This document shows, piece after piece, positions 40,500-49,393 of a DNA stretch of 64,000 nt. Under the pieces are notes generated by a model, which was given only the letters and a program-made list of their open reading frames with translations, was not told where the DNA came from and ran no database searches. The DNA is from Clostridia bacterium (GTDB taxonomy: Bacteria > Bacillota > Clostridia > Oscillospirales > CAG-272): positions 1,538 to 65,537 of the forward strand of contig JAFQPI010000005.1 of the NCBI GenBank assembly GCA_017411805.1, written 5' to 3'. The translations under genes and the position numbers were made by a program. The stretch's first letter is position 1. The number at the start of each line of letters is the position of its first letter.

Positions 40500-42560
40500 T
40501 TAATTATAAATCTTCAAAACCTTGAATTCGTCAAGATGCATGACGTAGAAATAATCATCCGCAAGGGTTGCGCGGGCGGAAGATAGATCGCCAAAGCTTT
40601 GATAGGTAATGCCTTCATTCAATACCTCGTATAGCTTATATCCGTTAAAGGAAAGCAGGATATATCTGCCGTATTCCTCGTATTTGCCGGTAAAATCGTT
40701 TACCATGAGTCCAACGAGTCCGCGCTCACGGTCGATGAAATAGGATTTGTAATCGGACGAGATCTCCGCGCCTTCGATCTCATACGCGCAGACAGACTCA
40801 ACCTTATCGCCCTCCTCAACGTAGACCTCGATCTTGATTATATCGCGGCTCGCTCCGTAGCCGATTCCGAGGAGGAATCCGTCGCCGAAGTTGACAAGCG
40901 AGGAAGAATAACCCTTGATGACGCCCGTATCTGTATAGGTGATATTGCTCATATCCGAAAGGTCGAAGAAGTAAACGGGATCGGTGAAGGTGATGACAAC
41001 TGCGGTACAGACGTATGCGTTCGTTCCGTCAAAGCGGACAGATTCAACCGTCTCGCCGTCGGGAGCAAAGTCGCGTACCTCGCCGATGATCTCAAAGCTC
41101 TCAAGATCGATGCAGAAGAGCGCGGCGTTCGTGTTCATCCGGATTGCCAAAGCTTCGCCATCGCGTTTGCCCCACTCGATAACACCGTCTTTGACCTGTG
41201 CATCGCCCATATATTTTGTACCGCTTGTAGTTGTAACAACACGGAGCACGCCCTCGTATTCATCAAGGCTGTACTGATTCTTGACTCTGCCGTCAACAGT
41301 AACGCTTCCGAGCTTCGAAAAACCGCCCTCGCCGTAACCGAGCGCAAAGATCTCGGTCATATTCTTGCTTTCAATGAATTTCACGCCGTCGTCCTCAACT
41401 TCGCATGCGCCCGTGTATGCCCTGGTAAGAAATATCTTATCATTCGAAACGTAGACCTGATCCGAATAGCAGAGGCATCCCGCCGCGCCCTCGAGTTCGA
41501 GAGTCTCCATATCGACCTGCGCTACGACGGTGTAGTACTTCGAGGTGAGGGTATCGGGGAAAACGATGTCCTCGGCGCTCATTACCTCAAATCCCTCGCC
41601 GCGATCGATCACGGGAAGGAAGCTCTGCTCGTTTTCGTAGTCGATCTTATTAACGTAATAGCGGCTCATCAAGAGGATCTTGCCGTCAACGAGGCGAGCC
41701 GAGAGATAGTCGCCGCTGATGGCGAAATGATCCTTGGGCTTGATATTATCGGGGTCGGAAACGTCGAGCGATATCAGGATCGTAACCGAGAGCTTGCTCT
41801 TTTCGGATGCGTTTTCGGTATAACCAACGCCGCTTCCGAGAACCGTCAGAGTCTTGCCGTCCTCGGAGAGAAAGATCTGCGCGCCGTAGAGATGCGAAAG
41901 CATATTCGCATAGCCGGGATTGATCACGTATTCGGAAACGAGACGGCTCTCCTCTCCCTTGATCGAGTATACCTTAAGCGTCATGCTATTGCTGTTGAGG
42001 TAGAAGATATGCGTTTTCGTGCGCTTGATGAGGTCGGCTTCGATAACGCCCGAGACCTGATTATCCGTCGTTTCAACGTATTCACCGTTGATGCTGTCAC
42101 TCAAGCCGCCCGAGACTTCTCCGTACGTCGGGCTTGATGCGCCCGGCGCCATCTCGGCATCAAACCTGTTCTCGCCCTTCCCCATAAATCCTCCGAGCAA
42201 GGACTCGAGAATGTCCTCAACGTAGTTTTCAAAATTATTGGACGCGGAATTTTGCCTCTTCTGAGACTGGTCGTACTTGTAAAAAGCGAGCATCAGATCG
42301 AGATATTCGCTGTCTTCGTGATCTCTGAGAACTGCGGGAAGGTTATTTTTGTCGATCGACTGGGGATCGTCTCCCATATCATACGGCAAAAAGAGCCAGA
42401 GGCAGGCGGACGTCACGACAAGCGAGATACAAGCCGCGATCAGAGTAAATTTGCGCCAGAATCTGTTCTTTGCGCTCATCCGAGGCATATTCGGATCGGC
42501 TTCTGCGATCATTTTAGGGTCTATATTTGATAATTCTCTGTAAATATCTTGCTTTTTCAT
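40500..42560 (-). CDS. membrane-anchored anti-sigma-like protein with large beta-propeller-like ectodomain
   Basis: 686 aa. ATGA overlap with the sigma stop. N-terminus YRELSNIDPKMIAEAD plus TM helix FTLIAACISLVVTSACLWLFL. The ectodomain resembles the secreted beta-propeller (PF09826-like) family; this is a recollection, not a search result. Confidence 0.45.
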   Translation of the reverse strand: MKKQDIYRELSNIDPKMIAEADPNMPRMSAKNRFWRKFTLIAACISLVVTSACLWLFLPYDMGDDPQSIDKNNLPAVLRDHEDSEYLDLMLAFYKYDQSQKRQNSASNNFENYVEDILESLLGGFMGKGENRFDAEMAPGASSPTYGEVSGGLSDSINGEYVETTDNQVSGVIEADLIKRTKTHIFYLNSNSMTLKVYSIKGEESRLVSEYVINPGYANMLSHLYGAQIFLSEDGKTLTVLGSGVGYTENASEKSKLSVTILISLDVSDPDNIKPKDHFAISGDYLSARLVDGKILLMSRYYVNKIDYENEQSFLPVIDRGEGFEVMSAEDIVFPDTLTSKYYTVVAQVDMETLELEGAAGCLCYSDQVYVSNDKIFLTRAYTGACEVEDDGVKFIESKNMTEIFALGYGEGGFSKLGSVTVDGRVKNQYSLDEYEGVLRVVTTTSGTKYMGDAQVKDGVIEWGKRDGEALAIRMNTNAALFCIDLESFEIIGEVRDFAPDGETVESVRFDGTNAYVCTAVVITFTDPVYFFDLSDMSNITYTDTGVIKGYSSSLVNFGDGFLLGIGYGASRDIIKIEVYVEEGDKVESVCAYEIEGAEISSDYKSYFIDRERGLVGLMVNDFTGKYEEYGRYILLSFNGYKLYEVLNEGITYQSFGDLSSARATLADDYFYVMHLDEFKVLKIYN

Positions 42561-43105
42561 AATTCAATTCCCTCCTTATGTAGGTGTTCTCTCAGCTTTT
42601 GGCGCGTTCGGAAAAGGAGCATGGTGACCGCGCTTTCCTTCAAGCCGTGGCGTTCGGCAATTTCCGCGACGGGACAAGTGTAGAAGTATCTCTGAAGAAA
42701 GATTATGCGCGATCTTCGGTCAAGCGAGCGCAAAAAGCTATCGAGAGCCATCCGCAGCGCCATAGCGTCGCACATCTCGCCCTCTCCGTCAGATACACAT
42801 TCGCCAAGCTCGTCAAGCGCGATCTCGTGCTCGCATCTCTTGCCCGCCATCTTCAGATTATAGCGGTTTATCGCAAGATTGCGGCAGATCGTGGCAAGAT
42901 AACCCTTAAGCGATGCGGGTCTTTCGGGCGGGATCGAATTCCACGCGCGGAGATAGGTATCGTTTTCGATCTCCTCGCAGTCGCATTCGTCCTCAAGCAC
43001 GCGAAAAGCTATATACCGCAGATATTTGCCGTACTTTCTCTCACTTTCCTCAATGGCTGCCTCGGAGCGCTCCCAAAACAGCTCGATTATTCTCTTGTCT
43101 TCCAT
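42557..43105 (-). CDS. ECF-type sigma-70 family RNA polymerase sigma factor
   Basis: 182 aa. MEDKRIIELFWERSEAAIEE... Third paralog. AAAGGAG RBS. Confidence 0.8.
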   Translation of the reverse strand: MEDKRIIELFWERSEAAIEESERKYGKYLRYIAFRVLEDECDCEEIENDTYLRAWNSIPPERPASLKGYLATICRNLAINRYNLKMAGKRCEHEIALDELGECVSDGEGEMCDAMALRMALDSFLRSLDRRSRIIFLQRYFYTCPVAEIAERHGLKESAVTMLLFRTRQKLREHLHKEGIEL

Positions 43106-43213
43106 GACGTACTCCTTTGTTTACCGCACAGAAATCCGCACGTGTGAAGGTCCTTCACCCTAATAGACAGTAAAAATAACACTTACAACACTCAAAAATC
43201 GAATTTTTATTTT

Positions 43214-43242
43214 ATTATACTATATTTTTTTGCAAAAGGCAA
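43214..43242 (-). promoter_or_regulatory. sigma-A promoter for sigma/anti-sigma pair 3
   Basis: Minus strand reads TTGCCT, 17-nt spacer, TATAAT (plus-strand AGGCAA at 43237-43242 and ATTATA at 43214-43219). The ~100-nt leader contains the GTGAAGG-N-CCTTCAC hairpin (43146-43160). Confidence 0.5.
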
Positions 43243-43261
43243 GACAATTGATCCGCTTTGC

Positions 43262-43290
43262 TTGACAAGGCCAACATAATAATGTATAAT
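43262..43290 (+). promoter_or_regulatory. consensus sigma-A promoter
   Basis: TTGACA (43262-43267), 17-nt spacer, TATAAT (43285-43290). Both hexamers are perfect. Confidence 0.65.
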
Positions 43291-43326
43291 AGTAATCAAT
43301 AAAACTAACATTTTTTGGAGGAAAAA

Positions 43327-45429
43327 ATGAAACGGTCATTCGGATTTTTACTTACTCTGTGCATGATCCTTCTCTCGCTCACTCTCGTTTTCGCATCCTG
43401 CGATGAGGCCGCAGAGGATACTACACCCGATGAGATCACAACCGCTGAAGAAACCACATCAGAAAATACAACCGAAGCTCCCCATACTCACGCATGGAGC
43501 GATTGGAGCGAGACAACAGCCGCTACCTGCTCGGCGGAAGGTCTCAATGAGCGAACCTGCGCCTGCGGCGAGAAGGAAACTCAGTCCATCCCCGCTCTCG
43601 GACACACCGAGGTCGTTGATGCAGCAGTTGCTCCCACCTGCACCTCGGAAGGCAAAACCGAAGGAAAGCATTGCTCTGTCTGCAACGCGGTTACCCTGCC
43701 CCAGAACGCTATAGCTGCTCTCGGACACACCGAGGTCGTTGACGTGGCAGTTGCTCCCACCTGCACCTCGGAAGGCAAAACCGCAGGAAAGCATTGCTCT
43801 GTCTGCAACGCGGTTACCCTACCCCAGAACGCTATAGCTGCACTCGGACATACCGAGGTCGTTGATGCCGCTGTTCCCGCAACCTGCACCACGCCGGGAC
43901 TTACAGAGGGCAAACATTGTTCTGTCTGCAACGTAGATACCATACCCCAGAACGCTATAGCTGCTCTCGGACACACCGAGGTCGTTGATGCCGCGGTTCC
44001 CGCGACTTGCACCTCCACCGGACTTACAGAGGGCAAACATTGCTCTGTCTGCAACGTAGTACTAAAGGAACAGAAAGAAACTCCCATATCGGACCATAAT
44101 TTTTCCGATTGGAAGGTTGGAGTAGCCGAGACCTGCACCACCGACGGAAGCAGGATCCGGGAATGTGTCTGCGGCGAAAAGCTCGAGCGCGGAGTATTTG
44201 CGGCGCATCATTACGTTTATAACGGCACGACGGGAAAATGCTCGGGCTGCGGCGACGTTATCACTTACACCGACGGTCTGATCTTCACGCTTTCGGGTGA
44301 CCAAAGCTATTATATCTGGACAGATATAACATTCCATAATGACACCACAGTAACCGAAATTATTGTTCCTCCCATGTACAACGGCCTGCCCGTAAAGGAC
44401 ATTAAAGTGGATGCCCGTGGACTTGAAAATTTAAAAAGAATAGTATTGCCTGACGGAATCGAATCAATAACAAAATGTTGGATGCAATTTAGTCCCTTGT
44501 TTTCAACGATCAACTTCCCCGACGGTCTCAAAACAATTGGTAAGGGAGCTTTTTCGATATCAGCCAGCGAAACCGCAAATCTGACTGATATTCGGCTCCC
44601 CAGTACGCTCACTTCTATCAACCGATCCTTCTTGCAGGGTCATTCCTACCCGGATAACAGATATCATAAGTATATTTCGGTCGCATACGGCAATCCGGTT
44701 TATCACTCGCAAGATAACTGTCTGATAGAAACACAAACAAAAACACTGATCATGGGTACCGCTCTTTCGGTGATCCCCACCGACGGAAGCGTAACCGCAA
44801 TCGGCCCGTGTGCTTTTATGGCTATCCCGGAGCTCACAAACGTAGTGATCCCCGATGCAATAACTCATATCGAAAAATGGGCGTTTTATTGCTGCAACAA
44901 TCTTGAAAGCATTCATTTTGGTGCGGGATTTACTCCTGGTGAAAATTTCCCGCTTGTTTTTGGACAGTTTTCAAGACACATTAAGCTGAATCAAATCACC
45001 GTTTCTGAAAACAATCCCGTGGTTTATGCGGTAAATAATTGCCTTATCGAAAAAGCATCCAAAACTTTGCTGTTAGGATGTAACACAAGTATAATTCCGT
45101 CAGACGGAAGCGTTGAAATAATCGGTAATCGGGCATTTGCAACTTGCACCTTCAAAACAATAAATATTCCCATAACAGTTAAACAAATAGACGATGAAGC
45201 GTTTATGTTATCGGCTCTTGCTGCAGGAAATGCGCTTGTCGGTGGTAGCGGATTTACTTATGACGGTATAATTTACTACGAAGGCAGGATTGAAGACTGG
45301 GAAAAGATCAACATTCACAGATACGCTTTTGCTCATGAGGTCGGACAGGAGCATCTCATTCCCGTAATTTGCTCAAACGGAGAAACAGGCGTTGAAAGCA
45401 ATTTCAAATTAGGATATAAACCCTTTTAA
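43327..45429 (+). CDS. surface lipoprotein with tandem Cys-rich 41-aa modules and BspA-type leucine-rich repeats
   Basis: 700 aa from MKRSFGFLLTL (GGAGGA RBS) with lipobox FASC. Four near-identical ALGHTEVVDAAV.PTCT..G.TEGKHCSVCN repeats flanked by two diverged copies. C-terminal LRR_5-like IGxxAF repeats. Confidence 0.7.
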   Translation: MKRSFGFLLTLCMILLSLTLVFASCDEAAEDTTPDEITTAEETTSENTTEAPHTHAWSDWSETTAATCSAEGLNERTCACGEKETQSIPALGHTEVVDAAVAPTCTSEGKTEGKHCSVCNAVTLPQNAIAALGHTEVVDVAVAPTCTSEGKTAGKHCSVCNAVTLPQNAIAALGHTEVVDAAVPATCTTPGLTEGKHCSVCNVDTIPQNAIAALGHTEVVDAAVPATCTSTGLTEGKHCSVCNVVLKEQKETPISDHNFSDWKVGVAETCTTDGSRIRECVCGEKLERGVFAAHHYVYNGTTGKCSGCGDVITYTDGLIFTLSGDQSYYIWTDITFHNDTTVTEIIVPPMYNGLPVKDIKVDARGLENLKRIVLPDGIESITKCWMQFSPLFSTINFPDGLKTIGKGAFSISASETANLTDIRLPSTLTSINRSFLQGHSYPDNRYHKYISVAYGNPVYHSQDNCLIETQTKTLIMGTALSVIPTDGSVTAIGPCAFMAIPELTNVVIPDAITHIEKWAFYCCNNLESIHFGAGFTPGENFPLVFGQFSRHIKLNQITVSENNPVVYAVNNCLIEKASKTLLLGCNTSIIPSDGSVEIIGNRAFATCTFKTINIPITVKQIDDEAFMLSALAAGNALVGGSGFTYDGIIYYEGRIEDWEKINIHRYAFAHEVGQEHLIPVICSNGETGVESNFKLGYKPF
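43594..44065 (+). repeat. in-frame 123-bp tandem repeat (about 3.8 copies)
   Basis: Unit starts (GCTCTCGG/GCACTCGG) at 43594, 43717, 43840 and 43963. Very high nucleotide identity between units. Confidence 0.9.
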
Positions 45430-45478
45430 ATCAAAGATAATCTAAACCGCAAAAGCAAGCATTTCTTTCTGAAAAACC

Positions 45479-45507
45479 TTGACTCCGCCGCGATATTGTG
45501 TTATACT
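45479..45507 (+). promoter_or_regulatory. sigma-A promoter of the oxidoreductase gene
   Basis: TTGACT (45479-45484), 17-nt spacer, TGtTATACT (45499-45507). Confidence 0.5.
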
Positions 45508-45539
45508 TTTAGTAATAATTTTTAATCGGAGGAAAACAT

Positions 45540-46568
45540 ATGATCCGTGCTGCTATGATCGGCTTCGGCGGTATCGCCCAGTCGCATAAAAACTCTTATC
45601 TCTCGCTTGAAAAGCGTGGTATCCCCGTAAAACTCGTCGCCATCTGCGATATCGACCCGAAGGCTTTCGAGCGCCGTGTCAAGATCAATATCGACACGGG
45701 CGAAGCAGGCCTCGGCGGTGATTTCCGCACCTACACAGACCTCGAAGAAATGCTCGCAAACGAGCAGATCGACCTCATCGACATCTGTCTTCCCACTCCC
45801 CTTCATTGCGAATACGCGATCAAGATGCTCGAGCGCGGCTACCACGTTCAGAGCGAAAAGCCGATGGCTCTCACCGAGGAGGACTGCCGCCGCATGATCG
45901 AGGCGCGCGACCGCTCGGGCAAGCAGCTTATGATCGGTCAGTGCCTGCGCTTCTTCCGTCAGTACGAGTTCCTCAAGGCTTGCATTGACGACGGCAGATA
46001 CGGCAAGCCCACCGCCGCGCAATTCGACCGTCTCGGCGGACCTCCCAGATGGGGCTGGAACAACTGGTACATGAAGCCCGAGCTTTCGGGCGGCGTAATC
46101 TACGACCTCCACATCCACGATTGCGACATGATCCGCTGGCTATTCGGCGAACCGAAGTCCTTCTCCGCAGTTGCGGCGCAAACTTTTGTTAAGCACGACA
46201 CCGTCTTCGTACAGTATCACTACGAAAACCTTCCCGTCAGCGCGGTTGCAGAATGGTCGCTCAAGGGAGTCAAGTTCCACGCGGCATACCGCGTAGGATT
46301 TGAAAAAGCGTCGGTCATCTACGACGAAAACGGCGTGACCGTTTATTCGAAGGAAGACGGATCGGCAGAGAAGATCGAGATGGCACCCTACGGAGGCATC
46401 GAAGCCGAGATCGAATACTTCGTCGATTGCCTCGAAAAGGGGATCGCACCCGAGCGCAATATGCCCGAATCCTCCGCACGCACCGTTGCGATCGCAAACA
46501 AGCTCCTCTGGTCCGCCGACCATATGGGCGAGAGAATGGAATTCGACCCGCCCGTTTACGGAAACTGA
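45540..46568 (+). CDS. Gfo/Idh/MocA-family oxidoreductase
   Basis: 342 aa with N-terminal Rossmann motif IRAAMIGFGGIAQSH and the EKP motif (QSEKPMA). Confidence 0.8.
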   Translation: MIRAAMIGFGGIAQSHKNSYLSLEKRGIPVKLVAICDIDPKAFERRVKINIDTGEAGLGGDFRTYTDLEEMLANEQIDLIDICLPTPLHCEYAIKMLERGYHVQSEKPMALTEEDCRRMIEARDRSGKQLMIGQCLRFFRQYEFLKACIDDGRYGKPTAAQFDRLGGPPRWGWNNWYMKPELSGGVIYDLHIHDCDMIRWLFGEPKSFSAVAAQTFVKHDTVFVQYHYENLPVSAVAEWSLKGVKFHAAYRVGFEKASVIYDENGVTVYSKEDGSAEKIEMAPYGGIEAEIEYFVDCLEKGIAPERNMPESSARTVAIANKLLWSADHMGERMEFDPPVYGN

Positions 46569-46688
46569 AAACAGCCTGAAGCTTTTAAAGATTCTTAAGA
46601 AACTTTTCCCGAAAAGTTTCTTAAGCGGAGCGCGAGGCAGAGCCTCGCCAATACTGCTCCAAACCGACTGCGCCCCGCAGGCGGGATC

Positions 46689-46731
46689 AAAAAGATCCGG
46701 CACATCATTCCCGATGTGCCGGATCTTTTAT
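46689..46731. terminator. bidirectional intrinsic terminator
   Basis: AAAAGATCCGGCACATC ... GATGTGCCGGATCTTTT, a 17-nt perfect inverted repeat between convergent genes. Confidence 0.8.
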
Positions 46732-46736
46732 TAATA

Positions 46737-47570
46737 TTAAATCGCGCCTCTTCTGCGTCTTTCGAGCGTAAGACACGCGGCGGGGATGAGGCATGCGAGG
46801 GAGACCGCGCCGAGCACCGTGGCACGCTCTGCCGCCGAGTCACCCGTGGAGGGGGAGACGTCTGCTCTGTATTCTTCCATTCCGTAACGTCCTATTGCCA
46901 ACAAGATGCTATATTCCGATTCAGCGATGCGCCAGACTTCTTTAGTTTTCACAAATTTACATGTTACTGTATCGGACCAGCCCCATGCATTATGCACATC
47001 AACTTTGGCAATAGCTGATTGTGAATCTCCCGATATAATATCAATGCTGATCTTTGTGTAATCCTTGTTTTCATAATATTCGCCATTTAAATATGCAGCA
47101 CTGTAATCAGCAAGACCACTTAAAAACCAATCGCCGTTAATATCTTGGAAATATAGCCCGCCCTTCTTGTTTCTTTCGAGATAAATTTCATAAGGATAAT
47201 ATCCATCCGCAAAAAACGTGTATGACGAAGGTGCAATATCTTCAGTATACAAGGTTTCCGCATATTTGCACATTCCATCGTATGAACCTCCGGGAAGATT
47301 TTCTTCGTATACCGGAAAGAGTACTTTTTTCCCTACAAATTCTCCGGAGTCTTCATCGTATAAATATTCTTCTTTACGTTCATATATATTGCAGATAGGT
47401 TTTTTGTCAAATTGAGAACAAAGATGCACATCCGAATGAAAATCGCATGCTTTGCCCACCAGTTCTTGTGCCTCTGATTTGGAAATCGTGTTTGTATTAT
47501 TGGCAGATATAGGGATTATACTGAGTGCAATGATGCACAAAGCTATACAACAATAAAATATTTTTTTCAT
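46737..47570 (-). CDS. secreted wall-anchored protein with SPSTG sorting signal
   Basis: 277 aa with an N-terminal signal peptide. C-terminus VSPSTGDSAAERATVLGAVSLACLIPAACLTLERRRR: motif, hydrophobic stretch, basic tail. Confidence 0.65.
   Translation of the reverse strand: MKKIFYCCIALCIIALSIIPISANNTNTISKSEAQELVGKACDFHSDVHLCSQFDKKPICNIYERKEEYLYDEDSGEFVGKKVLFPVYEENLPGGSYDGMCKYAETLYTEDIAPSSYTFFADGYYPYEIYLERNKKGGLYFQDINGDWFLSGLADYSAAYLNGEYYENKDYTKISIDIISGDSQSAIAKVDVHNAWGWSDTVTCKFVKTKEVWRIAESEYSILLAIGRYGMEEYRADVSPSTGDSAAERATVLGAVSLACLIPAACLTLERRRRGAI
46774..46856. repeat. 83-bp near-identical segment encoding the sorting signal (copy 1)
   Basis: 80 of 83 nt identical to 47638-47720, while the rest of the two genes is highly diverged. 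Confidence 0.9.
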
Positions 47571-47600
47571 TACGAACCTCCTTGCTGACTTGATGTTTTT

Positions 47601-48440
47601 TCAAAATACAACTGTTCTTCTGCGTTTGATTGTAAGGCACGCGGCGGGGATGAGACAGGCGAGGGAGACCGCGCCGAGCAACGTGGCACGCTCTGCCGCC
47701 GAGTCACCCGTGGAGGGGGATTCGGTATAACGTATAACGGAAGGCTCCCATAAGTCTTTGGCGGATCGCTCATAGCGGAGCATCTTGGTGAACGGAGAAT
47801 CCGTGATACGCCATCCGTCATCGGTATTCACGAGATAGCACTCTACCCAACCGTAATACATGGATTCGTTTCTGTCCAGCTGAGTAAGATATCTTACCGT
47901 TGCTCTCTCATTATCTGCATAAACGATATCAATGTTATCTGCCGTAAATTGCTGCTGATCAGTTTCCCCATAATACCAAGGCTGCACCTCTGTCCAATCA
48001 TGACCAATCCCATTAGTCATATATATATGTCCATCTTCGGATTTATAAAACATTGGGAACTCTAAATCATAATATGCGAACGCAAATGTATTATACATAC
48101 TATCGGCAATATCTGCTGTATATATACTTTTTGAATAATCCGATAGCGAATCGTAATCTCCACTCGGAAACTTTGATTCGTCAATTACCAAATAGTACAT
48201 CGCCTCTCCGGATATATATTTATCTTCTTTAGAATAGTAATAATTAACTTCAATTTTTATATAATTATTCCTATCTATTGTTCCCAATGGTGGGTCAAGA
48301 TGAGTAAATTCATATATTTCTACCGCTTTATTAATCAATTCACCCGCTTCTGCTTCGGTTAGATATTCAGCGGCACTACACGGGAGTAATATAGTTGACA
48401 GCATTATTAAAAGAATTAAGATACAAGTTATTTTTTTCAT
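47601..48440 (-). CDS. secreted wall-anchored protein with SPSTG sorting signal (paralog)
   Basis: 279 aa with a signal peptide. C-terminus ESPSTGDSAAERATLLGAVSLACLIPAACLTIKRRR. Confidence 0.65.
   Translation of the reverse strand: MKKITCILILLIMLSTILLPCSAAEYLTEAEAGELINKAVEIYEFTHLDPPLGTIDRNNYIKIEVNYYYSKEDKYISGEAMYYLVIDESKFPSGDYDSLSDYSKSIYTADIADSMYNTFAFAYYDLEFPMFYKSEDGHIYMTNGIGHDWTEVQPWYYGETDQQQFTADNIDIVYADNERATVRYLTQLDRNESMYYGWVECYLVNTDDGWRITDSPFTKMLRYERSAKDLWEPSVIRYTESPSTGDSAAERATLLGAVSLACLIPAACLTIKRRRTVVF
47638..47720. repeat. 83-bp near-identical segment encoding the sorting signal (copy 2)
   Basis: See 46774-46856. Confidence 0.9.
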
Positions 48441-48895
48441 TGTTTAGTTACCTCTCATTATATTTGTTTTTGACTCGGAATAACGCGATGTTTGTCACAA
48501 CTGCCAACTTTCACCGTGGAATCCATTGTCTTATTTGTATTATATCACAAAAGTCCGTGGCTTGTCAAGAATTATTTTGTCGAATGTGTTAAAAAACTTG
48601 CATTTGTATAAGCCATAAAATATCCCTTCATATAACAAGTACCCAAATGATAGCAAAAAGTCACACTTTTTTCGAAACTTTTTTCGAGAAGTGTGACTTT
48701 TTGTATGATTGCACAAAACCGGTAGGGCGTTTTTGTTTATAATGACGTTTGTTGTTCGGCGTATATCCATATTATTCCATTTTTTATTTATTGAGAAAAA
48801 ATCTGAAAAGTCTAACTTCCGACCCACGGCTTTTTAGTCAATAAAACGATTTTTATTTTTTCCCTTCGGTCTTGGCATTATTTCAAAATATTGCC

Positions 48896-48924
48896 TTGAC
48901 TTTTCTCCCGATTTATGTTATATT
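48896..48924 (+). promoter_or_regulatory. sigma-A promoter of rbfA-nrnA
   Basis: TTGACT (48896-48901), 17-nt spacer, TGtTATATT (48916-48924). Confidence 0.5.
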
Positions 48925-48973
48925 ATAATAGTAATAATATGCTTAAAAATTAGTTTTATAGAAGGTAAAAATC

Positions 48974-49393
48974 ATGGCAAACTACAGACGCGGCAGGATC
49001 AACGACGAGGTCCGCAAGGCTCTCTCCGAAATTCTCAGAGAGGTCAAGGACCCCAGAGTCAGCTCCGCATTTATCAGCATCACGGGCGCTGAGGTTACGC
49101 CCGATCTCAAATACGCAAAGATCTACTATTCCCTTCTCGGCGCAGACGGCGACCGCGAGAAGGAAAAGAAGGTCGCTGAAGGTCTCAAATCGAGCAACGG
49201 CTACATCCGCCGCGCTCTCGCCCGCGCAATAGATCTGCGCCAGACCCCCGAGCTCTCCTTCATCCTCGACCGCTCGGGCGCAAACGGCGCGTATATCTCA
49301 TCTCTGCTGCACAAGGTCGAGACCGACAGCGCGGAAAGAGCCGCAAGGCTCGGGCTCACCTCTGAATCTTCAGACAAAGAAGGTGACGAATAA
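48974..49393 (+). CDS. rbfA: ribosome-binding factor A
   Basis: 139 aa. RINDEVRKALSEILREVKDPRV and YIRRALA...LRQTPEL motifs. Confidence 0.85.
   Translation: MANYRRGRINDEVRKALSEILREVKDPRVSSAFISITGAEVTPDLKYAKIYYSLLGADGDREKEKKVAEGLKSSNGYIRRALARAIDLRQTPELSFILDRSGANGAYISSLLHKVETDSAERAARLGLTSESSDKEGDE

Noticed and set aside
46774-47720. The two 83-bp near-identical segments were considered as a template/variable repeat pair of a diversity-generating retroelement.
   Set aside because: No reverse transcriptase is present in the window. The 3 mismatches are not adenine-specific. The segments encode a membrane-spanning sorting signal rather than a ligand-binding surface.
48540-48827. A 95-aa minus-strand ORF lies in the rbfA upstream region.
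   Set aside because: It spans the terminator-like hairpin, is AT-rich and Lys/Phe/Asn-biased, and has no RBS.
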